Shown here one piece after another: positions 10,703-20,470 of a stretch of DNA of 64,000 nucleotides; the stretch's first letter is position 1; every line of letters begins with the position of its first letter. The stretch comes from an uncultured bacterium (lineage in GTDB: Bacteria > Cyanobacteriota > Cyanobacteriia > Cyanobacteriales > JASJDA01). A program made the position numbers and the translations under genes. The notes under the pieces are model-generated. The model was not told the DNA's origin. It did not search any database and saw only the letters and a program-made list of their open reading frames with translations. Location of the stretch: assembly GCA_964458305.1 (NCBI GenBank), contig CAYWIH010000006.1, forward strand, positions 5,884 through 69,883, written 5' to 3'.

Positions 10703-11251
10703 TTAGTTCGGGGTTAGAGTAACGTGCATGACACTTCTACTTTGCGCGTTTAACTCGTCTAAGTTGGCAACATCAGAAAGTTGCTCGACTATGTTCTCTA
10801 ACTTTTCTTTACCGAGGTTGAAGAAAGCTCTTTCTCTTCCTCTGAGTCTCATGGAAAATTTAACTTTAGAGCCTTTCGATAAAAACTTACGTGCTTGTTT
10901 GAGCTTCGTGTTTAAATCGCCGATGTCGGTAGAATATCCTACTTTTAGCTCTTTAAAAGAATTATCAACGGAATTTTTCTTCGCTTCTGCCTGTTTCTTC
11001 TGCTGACGATATTTGAATTTACCGTAATCTATGATCTTACAAACTGGCGGCTCGGCTTGTGGAGCTATCTCTACTAAATCTAAGCCTTCTTCTGCGGCTA
11101 TATTTAATGCTTCTTGTAGGGGTTTGATGCCGACTTGTTCGCCGCTATCGGTTATTACTCTGACTTCTGTTGCTGTAATCTTATTATTGATTCTGTGCTT
11201 TTCTTTTTGTTGAAATGGTTTAAATGGTTTATTTCTTCTGAGTTTTCTCAA
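10703..11251 (-). CDS. infC: Translation initiation factor IF-3
   Basis: 182 aa containing 'INNKITATEVRVI...GLDLVEIAPQAEPPVCKIIDYGKFKY'. The start codon is TTG, preceded in frame by ATT and by GGAG. Confidence 0.9.
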   Translation of the reverse strand: MRKLRRNKPFKPFQQKEKHRINNKITATEVRVITDSGEQVGIKPLQEALNIAAEEGLDLVEIAPQAEPPVCKIIDYGKFKYRQQKKQAEAKKNSVDNSFKELKVGYSTDIGDLNTKLKQARKFLSKGSKVKFSMRLRGRERAFFNLGKEKLENIVEQLSDVANLDELNAQSRSVMHVTLTPN

Positions 11252-11349
11252 AATTTTCTCCTACGTTAATACCTATTTATTTTATAACATTTATCTTCGC
11301 CAGTCAAAGATTAAAAATATTAAAAATTTAAGAATCTTAAAAAAAAAGT

Positions 11350-12477
11350 CTAAAAATTGCTTATCTTTCCGGCTTCTACAGTAAGAATTTGGGAATCTTT
11401 CAACCAGAGATCGTCAAAAGAATTAATGTGAGTCGTAGTAATTATAGTTTGAAAGCGAGAGCCGATCGCATTTAATAATTGATTTTGACGATTGGGATCT
11501 AATTCTGCTAAAACATCATCCAAAAGTAATAAAGGTGCTTCACCTACTACTTCTTCGATTAATTTTAATTCTGCTAATTTCAAGGCTAAAACTAAAGTTC
11601 TTTGCTGCCCTTGAGAGCCGTATGTCCTTGCTAAATTATCATTTATATATAAATCTATTTCATCTCGATGAGGCCCGACGATAGTAGCACCTAATTGCCG
11701 TTCGGCCTGGCTGCGCTGCTCTATTTTTGCTAAAAAAGCTGCTTTAACGTGGTTCGGGTCGTCTTCTGTCCAATTAATATTCGAAGCATAAACAAGATCT
11801 AAATTTTCTGTTTTTCCGCTAATATTTTCGTGCCAAACCCGTGCGAGCGGTGTCAATCTTTCTATAACTCTTGCCCTTCTGCGAATGACTCGCGACCCCA
11901 TTTCAGCCAATCGATCGTCCCACAATTTAAGCTGAACTAAATCTATATTTCGATCGGCAGAAGTTCGCTCTCGATTAGATTTCAAACAAGCATTTCTTTG
12001 TTTTAAAATTCGTTCGTATTGCTGTAATATGTAAGCATAAATTGGCTCTAATTGAATCAATAAAGTATCGATCCAATCGCGGCGATAACCCGGCCCTCCT
12101 CTGACTAAATCGAGATCCAAACTAGAAAATTGTACTGCGTTTAAATTCCCTAAAAAATCTATCTGACGGCGTAAATTCTCCTGATTGACCTTAACAGTAC
12201 GCCTTCCCTGACGGGCTAAAACTATACCCAATTCTATGGTGCTGTAGGCTCTTTTTACGGTAGCCTCGATCTCGGCAATATCGGTATTTGCGCGAACTAA
12301 ATCGCGATCGCGACTGGATCGGTGGCTTTTTAATGTCGATAATATTTCTACTGCTTCTAGTAAATTAGATTTGCCTTGGGCGTTATTTCCTACTAAAATC
12401 GTCTTTTCAGCCTTAAACTCCACCTTTCGATCTGAGTAATTTCGAAACGATCGCAGGTGAAGATCTTTTAAATACAT
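11350..12477 (-). CDS. recF: DNA replication and repair protein RecF
   Basis: 375 aa. Walker A 'GNNAQGKSNLLEA', signature 'GSQGQQRTLVLALKLAE', Walker B 'LLLLDDVLAELD'. Confidence 0.92.
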   Translation of the reverse strand: MYLKDLHLRSFRNYSDRKVEFKAEKTILVGNNAQGKSNLLEAVEILSTLKSHRSSRDRDLVRANTDIAEIEATVKRAYSTIELGIVLARQGRRTVKVNQENLRRQIDFLGNLNAVQFSSLDLDLVRGGPGYRRDWIDTLLIQLEPIYAYILQQYERILKQRNACLKSNRERTSADRNIDLVQLKLWDDRLAEMGSRVIRRRARVIERLTPLARVWHENISGKTENLDLVYASNINWTEDDPNHVKAAFLAKIEQRSQAERQLGATIVGPHRDEIDLYINDNLARTYGSQGQQRTLVLALKLAELKLIEEVVGEAPLLLLDDVLAELDPNRQNQLLNAIGSRFQTIITTTHINSFDDLWLKDSQILTVEAGKISNF

Positions 12478-12803
12478 ATACTATCTAAACTAGATTTGAA
12501 AATATTATTTTATCTCATCGAGAGCTAACTACAGAACTCTTGAGTCGATCGACTGCTATGGGTTAGGCTAGATCTAGCTTGTCCGGTCGATCGGGGCGAT
12601 TAATTATTAATTAGTTATAAGGCTTTTCGATCGATCGTTTTTAATTTAAGTATTTACATCAGTTTGTTTTATTTTCAAAGAGTAAGTAATAATTTTATTA
12701 TCAGATATTATTTTTAAAATAATTGATTTTTGAACAAAAAAATGACAAACAAATAATTTTTTTGCTCTAGCTTTGTATTTTCAACATATAAAAATTACTG
12801 GAT

Positions 12804-14327
12804 ATGCTCGAAATTATTAGCAATATATTTTCTCCACCAAATTACATCCCTCACGGTCATTGTTATCTCTGGCAATCTTCTTTGGTTTGGCTGCACTTAT
12901 TATCAGACTTGCTAATTGCTGTTGCTTACTACTCAATTTCAATATTTTTGATTTACTTTGTTCGCCAAAAAGAAGATGTTCCTTTTAAAGGAATATTTGT
13001 TTTATTTAGTGCCTTTATTCTCAGTTGCGGGACGACACATTTAATGGCGATCTGGACTCTATGGCATCCAGCCTACTGGCTTTCTGGAGCTATTAAAGCT
13101 ATTACAGCACTGATTTCTTGTTATACGGCAATAGAGTTAATTCCGATCCTTCCTCAAGCCATATCTTTACCCAGTCCAACAGCTTTAAAAGAAATTAACA
13201 ATAACTTAATTCAAGAAATAGACGAGCGGATCTCAGCAGAAAAAGCACTTAAATATCAACTAAAATTAAACAAAATTATTACTAATATTTTAAGCCGTTT
13301 TATCCATTTAAATAAAACCGAGCTTCCAGTTAAAATTGAAGATGCATTGCAAGAAATCGGAGAATTTACTCGAGCCGATCGCAGCTATATTTTCCGTCTA
13401 GATGACGAGCAAAAAACTTTTACAATGACTTATGAGTGGGTAAAGCAGGATCGTAAATCCCTAAAAGATCGATTAAGAGACATTAAGCAAACAAATTTTC
13501 CCTATTGTACTGAGACTATTTTAAGAGGAGAATTACTGGCGATCGATAATATTATTAACTGCGAAGATATGTCGGCTTCAGAACGTCGAAATTTACTAGC
13601 TTTAGAGATTAAATCGATGATTTGCGTTCCTTTAACTTTCCGTAAAAAAGTCGTTGGCTCGATCGGTTTAGCTTCAAGCAGCAATAATAAAACTTGGGCG
13701 CAAAGTAATATTGAATTAGTGCAAATATTTAGTGAAATTTTAACTAGTACTGTCTCACATCGATATACTCAAAAAACCCTACAAGACTACAAAAAAATCG
13801 ATGCTAAACTCAGACACGATGTCTTTCACGATTCCTTAACAGGCCTTCCTAATCGAGCTTTATTACTCGATCGCCTCCAACAAACATTGTTTCGACAACA
13901 AAGAAATAAAAATTACATTTTTGCAGTTCTATTTCTCGATCTCGATGGCTTTAAAATGATTAACGATACTCTCGGTCATTTAATTGGCGATCGATTGTTA
14001 GTTGCAATGGGAAATCGCTTAGGACAATGCTTGAGAGCTAGCGATACCTTAGCGCGACTCGGAGGGGATGAATTTGTAATTCTTTTAGAAGAGCTTAAAG
14101 ATCGAGAAGATGCGATCGCAGTTGCAAAACGGATCGATCGAGTATTAAAAGATCCTTTTATTATCGAGCAACAAGAAATTTTTGTCTCGACAAGTATTGG
14201 CATTACTTTTAGTTTTTTAAAGTCCTATAACGAACCAGCTCAACTGCTAGAAGATGCAGATAAAGCTATGTATCGAGCCAAACAAAATGGTAAATCTAGT
14301 TATCGGATTTTTGCTCCTATCAATTAA
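12804..14327 (+). CDS. Membrane diguanylate cyclase: ETR1-like ethylene-binding TM domain, then GAF, then GGDEF
   Basis: 507 aa. The N-terminal three TM helices align with plant ETR1: 'SDLLIAVAYYSISIFLIYFV' and 'FILSCGTTHLMAIW', with Cys75/His79 at the Cu-ligand spacing. A central GAF-like region follows. The C-terminus has 'RLGGDEFVILL'. Confidence 0.8.
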   Translation: MLEIISNIFSPPNYIPHGHCYLWQSSLVWLHLLSDLLIAVAYYSISIFLIYFVRQKEDVPFKGIFVLFSAFILSCGTTHLMAIWTLWHPAYWLSGAIKAITALISCYTAIELIPILPQAISLPSPTALKEINNNLIQEIDERISAEKALKYQLKLNKIITNILSRFIHLNKTELPVKIEDALQEIGEFTRADRSYIFRLDDEQKTFTMTYEWVKQDRKSLKDRLRDIKQTNFPYCTETILRGELLAIDNIINCEDMSASERRNLLALEIKSMICVPLTFRKKVVGSIGLASSSNNKTWAQSNIELVQIFSEILTSTVSHRYTQKTLQDYKKIDAKLRHDVFHDSLTGLPNRALLLDRLQQTLFRQQRNKNYIFAVLFLDLDGFKMINDTLGHLIGDRLLVAMGNRLGQCLRASDTLARLGGDEFVILLEELKDREDAIAVAKRIDRVLKDPFIIEQQEIFVSTSIGITFSFLKSYNEPAQLLEDADKAMYRAKQNGKSSYRIFAPIN

Positions 14328-14438
14328 TTTATAGATCGATCGATTAAATCGGGATTAGAGAATTGAGAACGGGATTCTAGAATAAGAAAATAAAACATAA
14401 TCAGAATTGCGATAGTTAGCGATCGCTGCCTCTTTTTT

Positions 14439-15188
14439 TTAACTACACGAATCCTTTTTAGGAGGAGAAGTAATTACTTTTACTTTTGTATATCCAGCAT
14501 TATTTAATAAACTAGAAACGGCTAATTCTGCTTTATCATTTGCTTCACTTAATAATCCTTTTTGGCAAGCAATGTTAACAATTTTTTTTAAAGTTTTACG
14601 CTGGGCTATAGTTTGTAAATCGATCGCAGCATCGGGGCCTAAATTGAGAAAACCGCGATCGTAATCGTAAACAAAAGAGCGATCTACATCTATTTTACTA
14701 TCGAGAATCTCTGGAGCGGGCAAATTAATTTCAATACTATTATTCTCTTTCACTTTAATATCCTTTGCCTGAATTTTACTTAAATCTACTCCAGCTTTAA
14801 CTTCACCTCGAGCGATATAAAGCAATCTAGTACTGGCAATTACTAGATCTCCTAATTTACGATTTTCAGAAGCAGGAACTACAGCCTCCATAATAAAAGT
14901 AGCAGTTGTTAATTCGCTAGTTCCTTTAATTTTTTCAACGACTATAGTTGGTATTTCAACCTGGCGATCGCGCTTTAAAACAGGATTTAAAAAAGTTTCA
15001 ATATTTCCATAAAAACGAGATCCTTCACGCCAAACACCAAGTAAAATAATAAATATCGTTATGGTGATGCCACTCAGACTAAATAATAAAAATTGTTTGA
15101 GGAAAGTAAAGGTTTTGTTACTGTTAGAAGTTAAGGGGGGATTTATCTCCGTCCCCTCATTTTGGAGAATAGATCGATCTTCTGTCAC
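14439..15188 (-). CDS. Hypothetical membrane-anchored protein (DUF4230-like)
   Basis: 249 aa with a single N-terminal TM helix and a soluble C-terminal domain. The family assignment is from recollection only. Confidence 0.5.
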   Translation of the reverse strand: MTEDRSILQNEGTEINPPLTSNSNKTFTFLKQFLLFSLSGITITIFIILLGVWREGSRFYGNIETFLNPVLKRDRQVEIPTIVVEKIKGTSELTTATFIMEAVVPASENRKLGDLVIASTRLLYIARGEVKAGVDLSKIQAKDIKVKENNSIEINLPAPEILDSKIDVDRSFVYDYDRGFLNLGPDAAIDLQTIAQRKTLKKIVNIACQKGLLSEANDKAELAVSSLLNNAGYTKVKVITSPPKKDSCS

Positions 15189-15298
15189 GATTAAAAATAT
15201 TTTTTACTATACAATTGATTTTCTCGAGTATAGTATTGAATGAAAAAAAATTACAACCAAAATAATACGGTATATTCTCGGATTGAAAAATAATTATT

Positions 15299-16189
15299 TT
15301 AATCCTTAGTTAAAACCGCAGGTAGCTCGTCTAATTTATTTTCTAAAGGCCTGACTTTATTTACAAAAATAATTAATTGTTGGTAATCGGGAACTCTAGA
15401 ATGAGGAAGATAACCGATCTCTTGAGTTAAAGAATTAGGAGCTTGCTTCATTACAGTTTTAATTTTCTCCTGTAATTTTGGATCGAGATCGGGATTGATT
15501 AAAACACTTCCAGAAGGAACGGCACGAGTTTGATGTATAATTCTGAATGGAGTTGTAAATTCATCTTGATGGAAATTGAACTTTTCTATCGATATTGCTC
15601 CCGCATCGATCGTCTCTTCTTCAAGCCAGCGTAAAATAGTTCTAGGAGTCGGAGCAAAACGGGCCTCAGCCAATGTTAAGCCGTAAAGATCGTACAAAGG
15701 TAAATAATATCCAGTTGCCGATCCGCGCTGTCCTAAAGCAAAAATTGTTTCAGAGAGATCTTCTAAGTCGAAAAGATTGCTATCTTCTCGAACTAAAATT
15801 ACCGAACGGTGCAAATTCTTTCCTGCTAGCGGAAAAATCGGAACGTAACCTTGTCGATCGATCGCGATCGCAGCCAAACCCGGAGGAGCAAAAATTATCG
15901 ACCAAACTCGACGTTCGATCCGATCGATCGCCTGACGTTCGTTAAAAGTAGGTTCTAATTCTACAAATGTTTTGGTTTGAGATCCTAAATAATCTTTAAA
16001 ATCGTAATATTTATCTACAAAATCGATTCCCCTTTCGTAACTTACCACGCCAATAATTAATTTTTCGCTAGGTTGCGTCTTTTGAGAGAGGCATCCAAAT
16101 AACAATAAACCGATAATAAATAAAGATATTTTGGCAATAAGGCGTTTTTTAATCGCCACAGTAAACAATGATATTAACATAGCCATCAC
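15299..16189 (-). CDS. PhnD-like periplasmic substrate-binding lipoprotein (phosphonate/phosphite ABC family), orphan
   Basis: 296 aa. Lipobox 'LLFGC', 'GSATGYYLPLYDLYGL' typical of the PhnD-type SBP fold. No permease or ATPase gene is adjacent. Confidence 0.55.
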   Translation of the reverse strand: MMAMLISLFTVAIKKRLIAKISLFIIGLLLFGCLSQKTQPSEKLIIGVVSYERGIDFVDKYYDFKDYLGSQTKTFVELEPTFNERQAIDRIERRVWSIIFAPPGLAAIAIDRQGYVPIFPLAGKNLHRSVILVREDSNLFDLEDLSETIFALGQRGSATGYYLPLYDLYGLTLAEARFAPTPRTILRWLEEETIDAGAISIEKFNFHQDEFTTPFRIIHQTRAVPSGSVLINPDLDPKLQEKIKTVMKQAPNSLTQEIGYLPHSRVPDYQQLIIFVNKVRPLENKLDELPAVLTKD

Positions 16190-16376
16190 GATCGAATCTT
16201 AAGCTGGAAAATTGGCAATAAAATCCTAAAAAAAGGATAAAAAGTCATTTTTTTGGCAAACTTAGCGAAAAAACGAATTAAAAATATACATGAAAAAACC
16301 ACTACTTTAACTCAAACTAAAAATATAGTAGTTACATAATACATTCACATCGGCGATCGACGGGAGAAATAAAGTT

Positions 16377-17225
16377 ATGGTAAGATCGGAGTTCGAGGCA
16401 ACTGGATCTTTATCGACGAACGGGCAAAACTACTGGGACTGGTACGATCGAGGTAACTTATTAGACGAAAAAGAAGCCTATGGCGAAGCAGTCGCTTGTT
16501 ACGAAAAAGCTCTAGCCGTTAGACCCCAAGATTATTGGAGTTGGTACAATCGAGGCAAAGTTTTACAAGCTATAGAACGTTACGAAGAGGCGATCGAATC
16601 TTTCAAACGCGCGATCGAAAATCGCCAAGAAGATTATTGGTCTTGGTATAGTAAAGGTTATATCGAAAGCGAATATCTAGGCGATTATGCTGCTGCTGTA
16701 GCAAGTTTCTCCCGAGCGGTTCAAATTCGACCTGGAGATTATTGGGCCAATTTTAGAAAAGCAGAAGCTCTGCGTCATTGGGAAAAATATCCCGAAGCGA
16801 TCGAGGCATACGAGCGGGCGATCGAGTTACGTTATCGAGACTTTTGGGCTTGGTATCGACGGGGAGACGCTCAACGTCATTTAGGCAATTATACCGCCGC
16901 GATCGAATCTTACCAAAAAGCATCATCTTATAATTCTACTTCCGAATGGCCCTGGTACAAACAAGGAGATTGTCAGCGGTATTTGGGTAATTATGCCGCA
17001 GCAATTGATTGTTACGAACGAGCTAGCAAAATAGTTGAAGATGATGAGTATGCTTGGTATAATCGAGCCTGTTGTGCTGCTAAACTGGGTCAGGTAAACT
17101 TAGCTTGTCAATGTTTGCAAAAAGCTATCGCTCTTAACGAAAATAATCGCGAACTAGCTAAAATAGACGGCGATTTTGAATCGATAAGAAACAAAGAAGA
17201 ATTTTTCTGTTCGATCGCTCAATAA
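16377..17225 (+). CDS. Tetratricopeptide (TPR) repeat protein
   Basis: 282 aa with about 7 iterations of 'YWSWYNRG...Y.EAI..Y.KAI'. Confidence 0.78.
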   Translation: MVRSEFEATGSLSTNGQNYWDWYDRGNLLDEKEAYGEAVACYEKALAVRPQDYWSWYNRGKVLQAIERYEEAIESFKRAIENRQEDYWSWYSKGYIESEYLGDYAAAVASFSRAVQIRPGDYWANFRKAEALRHWEKYPEAIEAYERAIELRYRDFWAWYRRGDAQRHLGNYTAAIESYQKASSYNSTSEWPWYKQGDCQRYLGNYAAAIDCYERASKIVEDDEYAWYNRACCAAKLGQVNLACQCLQKAIALNENNRELAKIDGDFESIRNKEEFFCSIAQ

Positions 17226-17330
17226 TTTTTTGTCCGTCTGATTCGAAATTAAGCGTCCATTTGCGTAGTATAATTGATAAGCTTTTTGGCGACGATACTT
17301 TTAGCTGGTAGCTGAGATAAAGGAACTTGA

Positions 17331-19751
17331 ATGTCTTATTTAATTGAGTCAGTTCTAAACTGTGAAGAAAAAAACGATCTCCGGGGATTTGTAAGCCAAT
17401 TACAAGGGTTAACCCAAAGATATTTACTGCGAAATGATATCTTACAAGCTTTTGAAGAATTTTGCCAAGCTAAAGAAAACCCCGAACATTTCAAACAATC
17501 TTCTCGTTTAGGAAAACTAGTTTATTACACTCAAGAAATAATTTTAGAAGAAGACAGCCTTTGTTTAATTATTAGACCTAAAATAGCTCGCTCGCTTGCT
17601 TACAGAGTACTAGAAGATTTAACTTTCGAACAGTTAAGTATCCAAGAATTATTAGACAGACGCGATCGCTTTGTCGATCGCTTTCATCCCGAAGAAGGAG
17701 ATGTATTTGAAATAGACTTCGGGCCGTTTTACGACTATTCTCCAATCATTCGCGATGCCAAAAATATTGGCAAAGGAGTAGAATTTCTCAATCGCTATCT
17801 TTCTAGCAAACTGTTTCAAGATCCCGGACAATGGCTCGAAGCTTTATATAATTTTCTCAACATACATAATTATAAAGGGATAGTTTTATTAATAAACGGC
17901 AGGATTCAAAATCAAAGACAATTATCCGATAAAGTTAAACAAGCTATCAATTTATTAACAGATTTCCCTTACGATCGACCCCTAGAAGAATTTCGCTACG
18001 AACTGCAAGCATTGGGTTTCGAACCGGGTTGGGGGAATACGGCCGGTAGAGTTAAAGAAACTTTAGAAATACTCGACGAATTAATTGATTCCCCAGACGA
18101 TGGCGTATTAGAAGCCTTTCTCTCTCGCATTCCCATGATTTTTAGAATTGTCTTAGTTTCAATTCACGGTTGGGTAGCACAAGAAGGAGTTTTAGGCCGT
18201 GCCGATACCGGAGGTCAACTAGTTTACGTTCTCGATCAAGCCAGAAGTTTAGAAAAACAGCTCGAAGAAGATATTACCCTCGCAGGTTTGGACGGTTTTG
18301 AAATTAAGCCGAAAGTAATCGTTTTAACTCGTTTGATTCCTAACAGCGACGGAACTAGATGTAACGAACGTCTAGAAAAAATTCACGGCACAGAAAATGC
18401 TTGGATCTTGCGAGTGCCTTTTCGCGAATTTAACCCTAATGTAACCCAAAATTGGATTTCTCGCTTTGAAATTTGGCCCTACTTAGAAACTTACGCGATC
18501 GACGCAGAAAAAGAACTTTATACCGAGTTTCAAGGTAAACCAGATTTAATTATCGGTAACTATTCCGACGGCAATTTAGTCGCATTTTTACTGGCTCGTA
18601 AGTTAAAAATAACTCAATTTAATATCGCTCACGCTCTCGAAAAATCTAAATATCTATTTAGCAATCTCTACTGGCAAGATCTCGAACAATTTTACTACTT
18701 CTCCTTGCAATTTACTGCCGATACGATCGCCATGAATGCAGCTAATTGTATCGTTAGCAGTACCTATCAAGAAATTGTCGGCATGAGCGATAGCGTCGGA
18801 CAATACGAATCTTACGAAACTTTTACCATGCCCGGATTGTATCACGTAGTTAAAGGGATCGAATTATATTCTCCTAAATTTAACGTCGTACCTCCAGGAG
18901 TCAACCAATATATCTATTTTCCCTACAATCGCAGCGAAGAAAGAGTCAGCTCGAGAATAGAACGTCTCGAAGAATTATTATTTACCCTAGAAGACTCTTC
19001 TCAAGTTTTTGGCAGTCTCGCAGATCCCAACAAGCGTCCCATTTTTGCAATGGCCCGTCTCGATCGCATTAAAAACCTCACTGGTTTAGTAGAATGTTTC
19101 GGTCGCTCTGAAGAACTACAACAACACTGCAATCTGATTTTAATCGCAGGTAAATTATACGTCTCCGATTCTCGAGATAACGAAGAACGCGAAGAAATTG
19201 AAAAAATTTACGGACTGATCGATCGCTACGACTTGCAAAATAAAATTCGCTGGTTGGGCATTCGTTTGTCTAAAAGCGATGCTGGTGAAGTTTATCGTAT
19301 TATGGCCGATCGCCAGGGTGTTTTCGTCCAACCAGCCCTCTTTGAAGCTTTCGGTTTGACCGTACTCGAGGCGATGATTTCCGGTTTGCCCGTTTTCGGT
19401 ACTCAGTTTGGCGGCCCTTTAGAAATCATTCAAGATGGGGTAAATGGTTTTTATATTAATCCGACTAATTTAGAAGAAACTGCCGAAAAAATGCTCGATT
19501 TTGTCTCAAAATGCCAAGAAAATCCTCATTACTGGCAAGAAATTTCCGATCGGGCGATCGAGCGAGTTGAAACTACTTATACCTGGCCGATTCATACTAC
19601 TAAATTACTTTCTCTGGCTCGTATTTACGGTTTTTGGAATTTTACTTCCCAAGAAAATCGCGAAGACGTTCTTCGTTATATCGAGTCCTTATTCTATCTT
19701 CTTTTTAAGCCCCGCGCCCAAGAATTATTAAACCAGCACATGGCTAGATAA
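17331..19751 (+). CDS. susA: Sucrose synthase
   Basis: 806 aa, the typical SuS length. Motifs: 'GFEPGWGNTAGRV', 'DTGGQLVYVLDQ', GT-B C-terminus 'EAFGLTVLEAM'. Confidence 0.9.
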   Translation: MSYLIESVLNCEEKNDLRGFVSQLQGLTQRYLLRNDILQAFEEFCQAKENPEHFKQSSRLGKLVYYTQEIILEEDSLCLIIRPKIARSLAYRVLEDLTFEQLSIQELLDRRDRFVDRFHPEEGDVFEIDFGPFYDYSPIIRDAKNIGKGVEFLNRYLSSKLFQDPGQWLEALYNFLNIHNYKGIVLLINGRIQNQRQLSDKVKQAINLLTDFPYDRPLEEFRYELQALGFEPGWGNTAGRVKETLEILDELIDSPDDGVLEAFLSRIPMIFRIVLVSIHGWVAQEGVLGRADTGGQLVYVLDQARSLEKQLEEDITLAGLDGFEIKPKVIVLTRLIPNSDGTRCNERLEKIHGTENAWILRVPFREFNPNVTQNWISRFEIWPYLETYAIDAEKELYTEFQGKPDLIIGNYSDGNLVAFLLARKLKITQFNIAHALEKSKYLFSNLYWQDLEQFYYFSLQFTADTIAMNAANCIVSSTYQEIVGMSDSVGQYESYETFTMPGLYHVVKGIELYSPKFNVVPPGVNQYIYFPYNRSEERVSSRIERLEELLFTLEDSSQVFGSLADPNKRPIFAMARLDRIKNLTGLVECFGRSEELQQHCNLILIAGKLYVSDSRDNEEREEIEKIYGLIDRYDLQNKIRWLGIRLSKSDAGEVYRIMADRQGVFVQPALFEAFGLTVLEAMISGLPVFGTQFGGPLEIIQDGVNGFYINPTNLEETAEKMLDFVSKCQENPHYWQEISDRAIERVETTYTWPIHTTKLLSLARIYGFWNFTSQENREDVLRYIESLFYLLFKPRAQELLNQHMAR

Positions 19752-20265
19752 CTACTTTTTTACAAACCCACTCGATCGAAGTTTGTCGAGTGCTAATTCT
19801 CCTAATAATTGCCAAACTCAATCTTTTTTTAGCTCGATCGATCCTTGATAACTAAAACTTTGCTTCTTTCTCTAATCCGTTTAAAAATTTTGATTAATAA
19901 TCAATTTAATTGGTCGAATTAACCGCTTAAAGTTGTCAATATTAAAGTTTGTTTCTACCTATTTACAAGGCTTTGGCGATTTGATAAGCTTTTTTTGTCA
20001 AGAAAGATAATGATATTTTGGAAAATTGTATTTATTTTTAATAAAATAGCTTCGATCGCTCCTAAAATCGCTGCGGCTAACAAAAATATATTGAAAATCG
20101 ATCGGGCAAAAAAATAATTGCAAAAAATCAGTAAAAATACTTATATTGACAAAAAAGCAAAAAAATGCATCGAGAGCTAAAACCGAAATTACCGAGTAAC
20201 AAAAAATAACCAAACAACTTGGTAAAATCGAGCGGTATTGTTGTACAATACTCAAAACTGCTTAT

Positions 20266-20470
20266 ATGAAAAGATCGAAAAAATAGGAACGCCTGCTCAA
20301 GGCTGTCACCAGCAGCGATTGAGAGGCTAACCCCCCTAAACTGAAACCCCAGTCAGGAGGCTATGAGAAATTTTTTGACACTTCAACCTTTCCGCATTCG
20401 CTAAAAAGTTTGGATTCTTGCTTCACGGGGATCTTTTAGACCTATCCCTCCACAAGCTTGGACGGTATGC
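20266..20470 (-). ncRNA. Putative TnpB-associated omega-RNA (reRNA) scaffold plus flanking guide
   Basis: A GC-rich, stem-forming segment at 20286-20400 lies immediately 3' of the tnpB stop. It ends abruptly at AT-rich flank DNA. The position matches omega-RNAs of IS200/IS605 elements. Boundaries are inferred, not measured. Confidence 0.3.

Noticed and set aside
19998-20255. 85-aa minus-strand ORF in the spacer between sucrose synthase and the tnpB element
   Set aside because: It lies in very AT-rich DNA and translates to a low-complexity Phe/Ile/Ser-rich peptide. It has no ribosome-binding site or recognisable fold. It is most likely a chance ORF in the IS flank.
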